Assembly (NCBI GenBank): GCA_002633005.1
Contig: NMRA01000097.1
Span: 955,734 to 1,019,733 of the forward strand
Reading direction: 5' to 3'
Length of the DNA: 64,000 nt
Source: Phoronis australis
Lineage: Eukaryota > Animalia > Phoronida
Shown here: positions 63,853 through 64,000 of the stretch, piece after piece
Position numbering within the stretch: position 1 is the stretch's first letter
Layout of the letters: the number at the start of each line of letters is the position of its first letter
Made by a program: the position numbers and the translations under genes
Notes under the pieces: model-generated
Databases searched by the model: none
What the model saw: the letters and a program-made list of their open reading frames with translations, nothing else
Told to the model about the DNA's origin: nothing

Positions 63853-64000
63853 TCATTTCAACATGAAACAATCAAAAGAAAATATACTACTAAGAATTGT
63901 TTAGTTTCCCTGTAGGTAGTTATTCGACCATTTCGAAGCCAGTCAAATTTGTTTCAGGTACATAAGTTTCTTTTGATGTTTCTGTCAATGGCTCATTTTT

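Overview
AT-rich, intron-containing DNA from an animal genome, most likely an invertebrate (species not determinable). It is a draft assembly with N gaps at 1913-1935, ~15068, ~34233 and ~41245. Two + strand protein-coding genes can be rebuilt exon by exon from GT-AG boundaries. (1) The last five coding exons of a prohormone convertase 1/3 (PCSK1-like) gene at 1181-6191, with an unusually short C-terminal tail. (2) An ANKDD1A-like gene (11 ankyrin repeats, death domain, C-terminal CCLS CaaX box) with 13 common exons at 49214-62604. Its first common exon begins in phase 1 and has no start codon of its own. Two widely spaced ATG-initiated exons (17254-17989, a 245-aa Ser/Arg-rich disordered region with repeated RxRxxS motifs, and 42429-42591, 54 aa) both end in A|GTAAGT in that phase. 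This suggests alternative promoters that swap the N-terminus on a membrane-anchored ankyrin/death-domain scaffold. The rest is rich in DNA transposon debris: an AcademX relic, a non-autonomous Academ-like element with 3-bp TSD, MITEs with 5-bp, 8-bp, 6-bp and 4-bp TSDs, several decayed THAP domains, a HIRAN-like fragment, tRNA-derived SINE heads, microsatellites and a perfect hairpin. All family assignments are by recall of motifs; no database searches were run.
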